Source: Amoebidium appalachense (lineage: Eukaryota > Protista > Ichthyosporea). From it: a stretch of 64,000 bases of DNA. Of this stretch, positions 28,694 through 38,601 are shown piece by piece. The notes under the pieces are model-generated. The model was given only the letters and a program-made list of their open reading frames with translations. It was not told where the DNA came from and searched no databases. Each line of letters opens with the position of its first letter. The stretch's first letter is position 1. Location: assembly GCA_963693365.1 (NCBI GenBank), contig CAVNZM010000002.1:6895943-6959942 (forward strand), read 5' to 3'. The translations under genes and the position numbers were made by a program.

Positions 28694-29894
28694 GGGAGGG
28701 AGGCATAGAGTAGGGATGGGAACGAAGTGGGTGGATCGAGTGGGTAGTGATGGAATGAGGGGGGGGTGGGCAGGGAGTTGGGGGAAAGAGGTCAACTCCG
28801 TGAAAATGAGAGTAATATTTTGAAGATACATTACTATAGAGATTGATTTTCCGAACATGCACGGAATAATCGAAATAGCTTTTTCATTAGGTCATGGCTA
28901 TTGAGTGTGTTTGGCCCGTTCGAAGGCCAGCGTAAACATTTCGCACATTATATGTCTTTATGCAAGGGCATGGCAAAAACTCTATGCACCCCAGTAACCG
29001 GAGGACGTGCTATGAAAAATTCCATACTCCTGAATGGCTTCAAACCGAAATATACTCTGCTTGTGTGCCTTAGAAAATATTTCACAGTGGAACACATCCT
29101 ATCCTTTCACTTATGTCTTCCTAAACATTCTAGGAAAAAACCCTTTTTCTGAATTCAATGAGTTGATTTATTGCGTGCAACATTATTCAAAGTGAACTTA
29201 TTCATGAGTACTTCCCAAGGTACGGGAATCAAGTTGCAACTATTTATAGTAATCCTACATAAATATCTCTAAGTTGAATTTTTCCTACATGATAGCTGAT
29301 TTATTGAATTTATATAAAATTAACCATTCTAGTGCCCTCTATATATAGCTATGGTGCGACACCACCTGCAATCTAGTAGCCACTTATCATCCCCGAATCA
29401 CCACAACCCCCTCCCCCCTCCCCCCCCCCCCCCCCCCCCCCCCAAAAAAGAAGAAGAAGAAGAAGAAGAAGAAGAAGAAGAAGAAGAAAGAAAAGAAAGA
29501 AAAAGAAAAAAAGAAAGAAAGAACTTTTAAAAAAAAAAACAAAAAAAAAAAAAAGCAAACATCGTTTGCCACTCTTGCGTGGTAGCCTAAGCACAGTAAC
29601 ACAAAACTCATCGGCCTCACCCACTTAAGGTATCACCCCCGCCCCTCTCCCCCTCCCCACCACCTCCTCCCCGTACACGCATAAAGGGCTGCCATATTTC
29701 AGGGAGCACATGGTGCTTCGAAGTGCCACGTGGGGCATGTATGCGGATAATGAGGTGTAGCACACCTCACACCACATATGCTAAAAGAACATGTCTAAGG
29801 GCAATAGGAAAGAAAAAATTGTATGTGTTTTACCAAAATTAAACAGTAAATCGATATGTAAAGAGGGTACATCAAGCAACAGTGTCATGTGTGT

Positions 29895-29986
<92 letters not shown>

Positions 29987-30060
29987 GCGCGCGTGTGCGT
30001 GTGTGCGTGTGTGCGTGTGTGCGTGTGTCACGGTGTACTTGTGTGTGTGTGTGTGCGCGC

Positions 30061-30140
<80 letters not shown>

Positions 30141-30400
30141 GTGTGTGTTGCGCCTAGGCGTCATGAAGCCGCTCAACGTGGGCATTACAAACCCTACAGA
30201 ACACCAAAAGCTTAAACCTGAGCTGGTTTGGAAGCAGACAACATAATATGCCTTGAACCATTCGTCTAGGCCCATTTTTCTTGCTGGCGCATCATACCCC
30301 CCCTCCCCTCACCTCTCCCCCCCCCCTCCCCCACTACCACCACCACCACCATCACCACCGCCACCACCAACACCACACACGTGCGCACGCGCGCGCGCGT

Positions 30401-30470
<70 letters not shown>

Positions 30471-30834
30471 ACACACACACACGGGCTACCTTGCATACCT
30501 CCCTTTGCTCAACTATCTTTCACGCAATAACAGACGTGTATTCACAGTGCTTCTCTCACAGTCACGCACATGCACACAAACACGTACACAGTGTCAGCAC
30601 AGGTGTACAGACATCGCCGGGTTTTTTAGCACGGCGTATCTATTTACCACGTTATGCAAATTTGCATGTGTATGATGTGTACTGACGTGCGTTCCCTCGG
30701 GATTTCTGCCCATATCTGGATCCCACCCCCCCCCCACCCCCCCCCCTCCCCCCCCCCCCCCTCCCTCTCCCCCCCCCCCCCCCCCCCCCCCCCCCACACA
30801 CACACACCCCCTCCCCCCTCCCCCCCCCCAATCT

Positions 30835-30871
<37 letters not shown>

Positions 30872-31080
30872 GAAAAGAAAAGAGGGAAAGAAAGGAAAGG
30901 AGAAGGGGGTAAATGTGGCACATTTGCGCATTCAGACCAGGGACAGGAAAAACCCTCGTGGGGCAGAAATGACTAATTTTTGTACGTGCAGTAGCACGCA
31001 CTGTACCTAGTTGTATGTTGGCTTTAATAATTATAGCTACTGCAAAGACACGCACTATCAATAGTGATGTACACACACAC

Positions 31081-31133
<53 letters not shown>

Positions 31134-31180
31134 ACCCACCCATCCTCCCACCACCCACCTACCACGACACACGCACTGTT

Positions 31181-31283
<103 letters not shown>

Positions 31284-31462
31284 AACGGATATACGCACGT
31301 CTACTACTGAATTAGGAAGTTTCAACCCCCGGGTATAAAAACCCAGCATAGTACCTATAACGGTACGACCATAATAGGATCCATTCTTTGTTTTTGTTTA
31401 CGCTGTAACACCAAATGCCATATTTCCTGGGTGTACAGGGGCCCTCCCGGGGGAAGGAGGGG

Positions 31463-31512
<50 letters not shown>

Positions 31513-31950
31513 ATTAATCGATACCCAGGATTGAATTCTTGTCCGGGACGGACGTGTCAATATGTATTCGCAAACGGTGCTGATGCACGGGCCGGGCATT
31601 CCATGCATATGCATGTGTACACAGCTGTGTACACCCATCCGTACATGCGTGCACGGAAGTGTCGTAAACGTGTGAGCTAATGTCTACGCAGCGCATGGCT
31701 ACGTTCTGTATGCGCACATCTTTTTAGGTGGTTCGCCATCCTGCATGCTCGCAAGACTGTGCCATTCCAGTGATTTGGTGCAAATTACAAGTGAAGTGAA
31801 GTGACTTTCTTTTTGCAGGAGTCAAGGATCTACGCTGGCGCTGCTCTGATTCATAACAAGGCGCCAATTTCTCGCAAGCTCATTGATAGCAAATCAGCAA
31901 TTAGAGTCATGGCCATCCAATAAGAAGCAGCTGTAAAATTCAAATTAGCT

Positions 31951-32252
31951 TGCCGGAGGCAAGACTTCCCCTCACTCCCGTCGTGGCTCCCCGAGGTGAC
32001 CGAGACAAAGAGAAGCAGAAATGCAAGTCAGTGAGGAATTTTATTATTGAATTTAGCCCTAATAAATAACATCAATATCTGATCAGAAAACCCCCAAAAC
32101 CCCCGGATAAACCCCCTAAGCCCCAGAACACCGTGTGTGTGTGCACACGTGTGTGTGTGTGTATGTGTGTGTGTTTGTGTGTGTATGATAGGCTATTGAA
32201 GGAACAGCACTTCCAGCACACAATGGCCGAAAGAACCCCTTCATCTATCCAA
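31951..32252 (-). repeat. Split direct repeat B2 (302 bp)
   Basis: Matches 32742-33043 with about 2 mismatches and contains a (TG)n tract. Confidence 0.95.
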
Positions 32253-32267
32253 GGGTGGGAGGGAGGG

Positions 32268-32741
32268 AAGAGAAAGCAAGAGCAAACCGTAAGGCACCAA
32301 CTAATCAGACTGAGGTCTCAGCTTCTGCCCCTTTACACAAGGTGCCACCAAACCAAGAAAACACCCAGACAGCCTAATTATTACCTTATCACGTTGCTCC
32401 CTCCCCTTTTTTCTTTTCACCTACACACTAGCTCTAAAAACAAGAACTGAACGAACGACGCCCACAGCCAGCTCTACAAAGCTGGTGCGCGGCTCACTCA
32501 CATTTTTAGAACAGTGGAAAAGCCACCAATCATATCACCTATCTACTGATAACTACGGATCACTTCATAACTATACCTGATCTATGTCCAATCACTAAAG
32601 ATACATACGACTGATGTGTACACTGAGCTTAACATTCTACCCGTTAGGGCCAATCAGCTTGCACCGCTATGTAGCCGTTACCGCCGACTGACCGAACACG
32701 TGTCATCTCTCACCGCTGCCTCCTCCCGCTCGAGAACAACA
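32268..32741 (-). repeat. Split direct repeat A2 (474 bp)
   Basis: Matches 37782-38243 apart from about 2 substitutions and a 12-bp insertion. Confidence 0.95.
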
Positions 32742-33043
32742 TGCCGGAGGCAAGACTTCCCCTCACTCCCGTCGTGGCTCCCCGAGGTGACCGAGACAAA
32801 GAGAAGCAGAAATGCAAGTCAGTGAGGAATTTTATTATTGAATTTAGCCCTAATAAATAACATCAATATCTGACCAGAAAACCCCCAAAACCCCCGGATA
32901 AACCCCCTAAGCCCCAGAACACCGTGTGTGTGTGCACAAGTGTGTGTGTGTGTATGTGTGTGTGTTTGTGTGTGTATGATAGGCTATTGAAGGAACAGCA
33001 CTTCCAGCACACAATGGCCGAAAGAACCCCTTCATCTATCCAA
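32742..33043 (-). repeat. Split direct repeat B1 (302 bp)
   Basis: Matches 31951-32252 and directly abuts A2, forming the internal junction ...AACAACA|TGCCGG... . Confidence 0.95.
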
Positions 33044-33128
33044 ACCTACCCTACTTGTTTTTATTTTGTGATTGTGTTTTTTAAATAATGTGTGTTGGGT
33101 GTGTGTGTAGAACTTCAGCCTATAGCTG

Positions 33129-36100
33129 CTAATCGTGCGTAATCATGTGTGGCCTACGGGCCAAGGATTTTGCCTGGGCTGACAGATGAGCGGGCATTGA
33201 AATTGCCAGGAGCATGGCCTTGTTCGTGTCAATGTAGTGGTTGAAAGGCGTCGTGAAAGTACGCCACCGACCATTGATACGAATTTGCTCATAGTCCTCC
33301 CCTCTGAGTGCTGCTGTGGAGGCTGCCCCGTGCCGTGTGCTGTACAATGAGAAGTCGCTATCCAGGCCCACAGCCGTCAGACTCTGTTGCATACGAGTTG
33401 CGACCAGCGATGGTGTGTACCCAGGATGAAACAGAGGGTCGGATGGGCGGGAGCCATGGGGAAAAGCACCCACTGCCATGAGCTTCTGCAGCAAATGCAA
33501 GCACACTGGATCACGGATCACCACCATCTGATGATTGCCCGTTTTGGACCGTGGAAGAAGCAACACTGCACTGCCCGCTGGAACATTGATTTCAATCAAC
33601 CGTGGATCATTCGGAGGAATGAAATCTGCCACCGTGCGCCGCGAGAGCTCCCCCGGCCGGGTGTAGGTTGCGAATGACATACACAGATAGAGTGCTACGT
33701 GCGGCATCTTGTATTCCCACAGAGCCGACACTGCCAAAATCATGTAGTCGTAGGGGAGTGGTCTGTGGTGATTGGTCGGGTTAGCATGGTCCCACCCCCT
33801 TAGGACCCTGGCCGACAGGACCAAGGAGTCCTTGCACTGGGGATAGAAATGGTGGATGGCTGACAGCACCGTCTTGCAGTGGGCGAGCCCGCTGCGGGTC
33901 TCCCCCAACTCTTCGTACATGTCAGCTGCATAGCTCGCAAGCATGTTATCCACCTGCTCTACCGACTGGAAGGTGCTCACCCCATCTTCCACACACCACG
34001 CTACGAATTTGTTCAAGGCGTTGTCGTATTTCGCCACTGTGGGAGCCGTGACATTGAGATTGAGCATATGCGTGATTTTTGCAGAGGGGACGACGTCACG
34101 TGACGGCATGTCTGCTGGATTGTGGGCAGAAGGGACCCACACCCACGCCGGTCGAAGTGCGGCTGCACACACAAGTGCTGCCACTCGCCGGCACAGATGA
34201 TTTAGCCGTCGTGAACTCGATCTACCCTTGGCCACCGCAAACAACAAAGATGTGTTGTCGATGAGATGAGCTACTCTGGTGCCGTGATTTTGTGGTGCTC
34301 GCGTGAAACGTCGTAGTGATAATAGCAGCGCATGCCCCTCGAGGATGGTGATGTGATCTTCGTGCCGCCACGGAGTAGATATCGGATGGTGCCACTGCAG
34401 ACCGTCAACTACTTTTAGAAAAGAGTCGTCGGTCGTGGGGTGGTTCGTGCTGTCGTTACATTCATCGGCCGAAAGGGCGTTAATCACGAGCTCACCGGTG
34501 TCGTCCACAGGCCCCAAGAAGGAATAACCGGGTCTGGACACCGACTGTGCTAATGCCGTCAACGATTGCTCAGCCGTAACGGACGCAATAGAAACACCTG
34601 CTCCCTTGGTGGACGCATCTGATGCCAACAGAAGAGAGGCGGGAGCAGCCGTCAAATCACACACAATGAGAGGTGCCAAATCCACCAACAGGGTCAACTC
34701 CCCCTTGACTGCAGAGGGGATTGGGCATGCCGTTAGTGGACATTGGCCGGCTGACAACGCAAACTGATAACTCGCCTCTAACACAGAAAATAAAGCTCTA
34801 TTCAAAAGCAACAACCATGCCCAGCCCCCAAGCAAACGAGATAACGCCCGTGGAGCCACCTCCCGCATGAACAGAACCGCCTTTGTGTCGGCTAGTAGCC
34901 GCGCCAACCGTGATGCATCCGGTCGAATAACACCGTCCCGTCCAATAGCCAACCCGAGTGCTACGGTCTCCGGGTGGTCGCGTGACGCCGTGACCGTTTT
35001 GGACGGTTTTATTTCGAATCCGTGTGTCTCTCCAGCGCGCCCGGCTGCCGTCATCTCGGAATTTACAGTAGATTCCTCCAACCCAACCCCCACCCAATCA
35101 TCCACGTAGATCAAATGTGCCGTATCCGATTGGTCGGTAATGGAATATGCCGGTGAAGAATTCGATTGGATGCATCGTTCGATACGTAAAGGCGGGTGCG
35201 TGATGTGCTGGTGAGAACGTTGGGCGACAAACGGTGCCCATTTCCAGCCCATCGGCATAGACAACACCCGCGGATACACCAACCTATCGACACCCGGCAG
35301 TCCCACTGCTGAAGACGAAACCGGCGGAAGCCCTTGGTACCAAGACAGCCAGTCTGGCACCCGAAAACGGTGGTAGAAATTCGAAAAATCGTACTTGGCC
35401 ACCACCACCGCTGCGTCCTTCGGAACAATGATACTACACAAATCTGCCGGACTGGGAAAATTCGGATTGGGCGGGTCTATCATGACTGCATTCATGGGGC
35501 GAGCATCCATGATAAGACGGTCTTCCTTCTCATCTTTCTCCACCGCAAATAAACCATTGATAATCTTTGGGGGCTCCGAAATTTCTGAAAAAGCAACCAT
35601 ACCACAAACATACATACGCTTAGCCAATATAGGCCACTCCGCAGGCGACGCAAATGCATGGACAGGACGCCCGGGCAAAGGGTGGGCTCCTTCGGCACCC
35701 TCAGTGGTGCTCTCAGTTGCCAACACGCCCCCAAGCCCGCAAACTCCGTGACCGTTCGGCTGTCCGACCGCGTCACCCGTGCGATTTGACGCCACCACCA
35801 ACACGTTTGGCTTCTCCATCATCTCCTTGAGGTCAGGTGGAAGGACCTCTAGGAGCGGAACTGTTGCCCCAAACCCCTCAGGAGGAAGGGCAATACGCTC
35901 AGCAACTATGGGGGTGAAGGCTTTTGAGTGATTGAAATATGGGAAAGATTCAGACACAGCCGCTAAGGGGACATTGCTGATCCTGCGGCGCATATCCGCG
36001 CAAAAAACGAAAATTCGCTGAATGGATTGTGTCTGTGCCGGTGAGGGTGCATGAGAAAAGTGCGTGGATTTAGGAAAAGGCGTGGGAAAAAAGTGTGTGC

Positions 36101-36485
36101 TGGTAGGAGGGGAAAATGTTGAAAAGTGTGTGTGATTCTGGGAAGAGGTGTCGTGCATGTTGTGCCAAACATCGTTCCTAGGAGATTCTACCGAGCCAGG
36201 TGGCCCATTATACAACGTGTTGATTGCAGCTATGGTTCTATTAACCAACTTTAACACAGCAAATCTCTTGTTGAACCTCCCACGTCTTCTTGGAGAGGCC
36301 AACCTAACACCATCAAGCAACAGCGGGACTACAAAAAGGGGAAGTGGAAGTAAATCATTAGACACATGGGGAAACAAGCCTGGCTCAGCCGCGCCCGTGA
36401 CGCCCTCACCAGGGGTACTAACATGGGGGGCTACGGGCTCACCGGTGTACCACTTCCGAGAGCCCACCCCCGACACACCACTCAT
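33129..36485 (-). CDS. Reverse transcriptase-RNase H-tyrosine recombinase polyprotein (1118 aa)
   Basis: RT: GLFAVEK, RLIMDAR, DFSNFYH, MPMGWKWAP, YVDD. RNase H: ASDAS, HITILE, LIDNT, WVPSAHNPADMPSR. YR: TYTRPGEL (R), SKTG (K), YSTRHG (R), GRW, NHYI (Y). Confidence 0.93.
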   Translation of the reverse strand: MSGVSGVGSRKWYTGEPVAPHVSTPGEGVTGAAEPGLFPHVSNDLLPLPLFVVPLLLDGVRLASPRRRGRFNKRFAVLKLVNRTIAAINTLYNGPPGSVESPRNDVWHNMHDTSSQNHTHFSTFSPPTSTHFFPTPFPKSTHFSHAPSPAQTQSIQRIFVFCADMRRRISNVPLAAVSESFPYFNHSKAFTPIVAERIALPPEGFGATVPLLEVLPPDLKEMMEKPNVLVVASNRTGDAVGQPNGHGVCGLGGVLATESTTEGAEGAHPLPGRPVHAFASPAEWPILAKRMYVCGMVAFSEISEPPKIINGLFAVEKDEKEDRLIMDARPMNAVMIDPPNPNFPSPADLCSIIVPKDAAVVVAKYDFSNFYHRFRVPDWLSWYQGLPPVSSSAVGLPGVDRLVYPRVLSMPMGWKWAPFVAQRSHQHITHPPLRIERCIQSNSSPAYSITDQSDTAHLIYVDDWVGVGLEESTVNSEMTAAGRAGETHGFEIKPSKTVTASRDHPETVALGLAIGRDGVIRPDASRLARLLADTKAVLFMREVAPRALSRLLGGWAWLLLLNRALFSVLEASYQFALSAGQCPLTACPIPSAVKGELTLLVDLAPLIVCDLTAAPASLLLASDASTKGAGVSIASVTAEQSLTALAQSVSRPGYSFLGPVDDTGELVINALSADECNDSTNHPTTDDSFLKVVDGLQWHHPISTPWRHEDHITILEGHALLLSLRRFTRAPQNHGTRVAHLIDNTSLLFAVAKGRSSSRRLNHLCRRVAALVCAAALRPAWVWVPSAHNPADMPSRDVVPSAKITHMLNLNVTAPTVAKYDNALNKFVAWCVEDGVSTFQSVEQVDNMLASYAADMYEELGETRSGLAHCKTVLSAIHHFYPQCKDSLVLSARVLRGWDHANPTNHHRPLPYDYMILAVSALWEYKMPHVALYLCMSFATYTRPGELSRRTVADFIPPNDPRLIEINVPAGSAVLLLPRSKTGNHQMVVIRDPVCLHLLQKLMAVGAFPHGSRPSDPLFHPGYTPSLVATRMQQSLTAVGLDSDFSLYSTRHGAASTAALRGEDYEQIRINGRWRTFTTPFNHYIDTNKAMLLAISMPAHLSAQAKSLARRPHMITHD

Positions 36486-37765
36486 CGATCCCTGACGGGG
36501 TTAGGGCCCTCGCCCTTCCCCATCTTTCCCTCCTTCTCCTTTCCCTTTTTCCCCTTCTCGATCTGCGCAAACAGCTTAACCGTCGTAGCCTCACGCGCCA
36601 ACAGCGCGTTTGCACGGACCAGCGTGGCGCTCGATGTGCTCTTGCCTACCGAGGGGCAGTAGCTGAGGCTGTAGCCGGGCACGTTCACATAGGCGTCCAA
36701 ATCCATGACCCGGCGGAGGAGGCGCTCCGTTGCATCAAGAAAGAGGAACTTGGGCCCACACTGTTTGATGCCCACATCGATTGCATCAAGGATGACAGAA
36801 GCCTCATACCACGCAAATGCTTTCTGGGACCCTGTGGCCCTTGCCTTCGCAAACGTGCCAACCGCAAATGTGGTGACCAAGTCGCGCCCGGTAGAGTAGT
36901 CGCCGTAGGAGATATTGTCGTTGATGAAGTTGTGGCCCAGATAACCTTCCTCCGAGAACGAACCTGCAATTCTTCCCAAATCCGCCGGTTTCACTGCGAA
37001 TTGCAAAGTTTCCTGCACTGGCTCTGCGGGCACCGTGACCACACGAGCCGTCTTGGCAATCTTAACCGTTTTGCTGTCTTGGAAGTACACCCCTGCCGCC
37101 GCCATCCATGAATTGGAAGGGTCCGTTATCCACTCCTCTGGAATAGACTCACTCAACTGCTGCTTAGCTGGAGCAGGCTTAGGGCGAAGACGAAGGGACT
37201 CAACCGTGGCTCTGCCCTGCTTGGCACCGTCGTTTTGCGAGTCCTCGGCCAAGAAGCCCCCCAAAAACGCCTGCTGGTGCCCCCACTCACCCCTGCCTGC
37301 CGTGCCCGTGTCGTCTCCGCTCTCTTTAGGCTGCTTGGTTGTGCCGGGAATATCTTGACTGGGCTGGTAGGCATGCACAAACCGATAGGGCGATGGTTGC
37401 TGGTTGGTGACGACAACCTTCTGAGCGATATAAGCCAACAGCTCCCAACCCTCGTCTCTCTGCCCCTCCAAACTGCCGAGGTCAAATTTACACAGCTCGA
37501 GCACGTGGCACAGATAGTCCACCTGCTCCTTGGTGGGAGGATCGGACACGTCTCCCTCCTGGGCAACTACCCTGTCCAGCAACGCTGCTAGCAGCCTACG
37601 AAAGACCAACCACCGAGAGGAGGATGGGCTGCGAATATACGCCACGCCCCGCTCAATCACAATCACCACTGCTGTCGACCACGAGGCCGTGTTCACCTGG
37701 CTGTCAAGAAACCCCTCTGCTTGCCTCTCCAGAATGCGACTTTCCTGTGCGTTTCCGGCTGCCAT
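36482..37765 (-). CDS. Gag-like ORF1 of the YR retrotransposon (about 427 aa from MAAGNAQ)
   Basis: Long intact ORF directly downstream of repeat A1, with a basic C-terminus (KGKKGKEKEGKMGKG). Its TGA overlaps the ORF2 ATG (ATGA at 36485-36482). The gag call is positional only. Confidence 0.75.
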   Translation of the reverse strand: MAAGNAQESRILERQAEGFLDSQVNTASWSTAVVIVIERGVAYIRSPSSSRWLVFRRLLAALLDRVVAQEGDVSDPPTKEQVDYLCHVLELCKFDLGSLEGQRDEGWELLAYIAQKVVVTNQQPSPYRFVHAYQPSQDIPGTTKQPKESGDDTGTAGRGEWGHQQAFLGGFLAEDSQNDGAKQGRATVESLRLRPKPAPAKQQLSESIPEEWITDPSNSWMAAAGVYFQDSKTVKIAKTARVVTVPAEPVQETLQFAVKPADLGRIAGSFSEEGYLGHNFINDNISYGDYSTGRDLVTTFAVGTFAKARATGSQKAFAWYEASVILDAIDVGIKQCGPKFLFLDATERLLRRVMDLDAYVNVPGYSLSYCPSVGKSTSSATLVRANALLAREATTVKLFAQIEKGKKGKEKEGKMGKGEGPNPVRDR

Positions 37766-37781
37766 GATTGCGAAAAGAAGC

Positions 37782-38243
37782 AAGAGAAAGCAAGAGCACA
37801 CCGTAAGGCACCAACTAATCAGACTGAGGTCTCAGCTTCTGCCCCTTTACACAAGGTGCCACCAAACCAAGAAAACACCCAAACAGCCTAATTATTACCT
37901 TATCACGTTGCTCCCTCCCCTTTTTTCTTTTCACCTACACACTAGCTCTAAAAACAAGAACTGAACGAACGACGCCCACAGCCAGCTCTACAAAGCTGGT
38001 GCGCGGCTCACTCACATTTTTAGAACAGTGGAAAAGCCACCAATCATATCACCTATCTACTGATAACTACGGATCACTTCATAACTATACCTGATCTATG
38101 TCCAATCACTAAAGATACATACGACTGAGCTTAACATTCTACCCGTTAGGGCCAATCAGCTTGCACCGCTATGTAGCCGTTACCGCCGACTGACCGAACA
38201 CGTGTCATCTCTCACCGCTGCCTCCTCCCGCTCGAGAACAACA
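37782..38243 (-). repeat. Split direct repeat A1 (462 bp), 5' end of the element
   Basis: Matches 32268-32741. Confidence 0.95.
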
Positions 38244-38480
38244 AGGAGGAGGGTAATGCATTCCTAAGGAAAAAGTCGTTGGAGCTGGATGAATCCGTCA
38301 CTGGTGAAATCGCAGCAATGCTGACTCTGGCGCTGATGAATGTGTAACTAATACAAAGAGCTAGCTTGAAAATCTGCCATTATAAAAACTTTTGTCTGAC
38401 CTCAACAAGACTCGAGATGATTATGATGAACGATGATACATCATAAAGGTGTGTCCCTCTGTATCTAGATCTGGTAATTT

Positions 38481-38515
38481 GATTGGCTCATCTTTAGGAT
38501 TGACAGGTATATAAA
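38481..38515 (+). promoter_or_regulatory. Putative promoter of the GBP-like gene (reverse CCAAT and TATA)
   Basis: GATTGG at 38481 and TATATAAA at 38508-38515. This favours ATG 38602 over 38515 as the start. Confidence 0.45.
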
Positions 38516-38601
38516 TGATTAGATCAGCAATCATTGTCCACACTCTCACGTTTGAACTGGTGCACGACGACCAGAATCAAACACATCAGTCCACGTCGCA
38601 A

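Larger units (their letters stand above)
31951..38243 (-). mobile_element. Tyrosine-recombinase retrotransposon (DIRS order, Ngaro/PAT-like split direct repeat architecture), apparently full length
   Basis: Read on the minus strand: A1 (38243-37782), gag-like ORF, RT-RH-YR ORF, B1 (33043-32742), A2 (32741-32268), 15-bp spacer, B2 (32252-31951). The repeat pairs differ by about 2 substitutions each, plus a 12-bp indel in A. No target-site duplication is visible. Confidence 0.93.

Noticed and set aside
32268-38243. Classical LTR retrotransposon with A repeats as LTRs
   Set aside because: There is no DDE integrase or TSD. The interleaved B repeats and the YR domain indicate a DIRS-order element.
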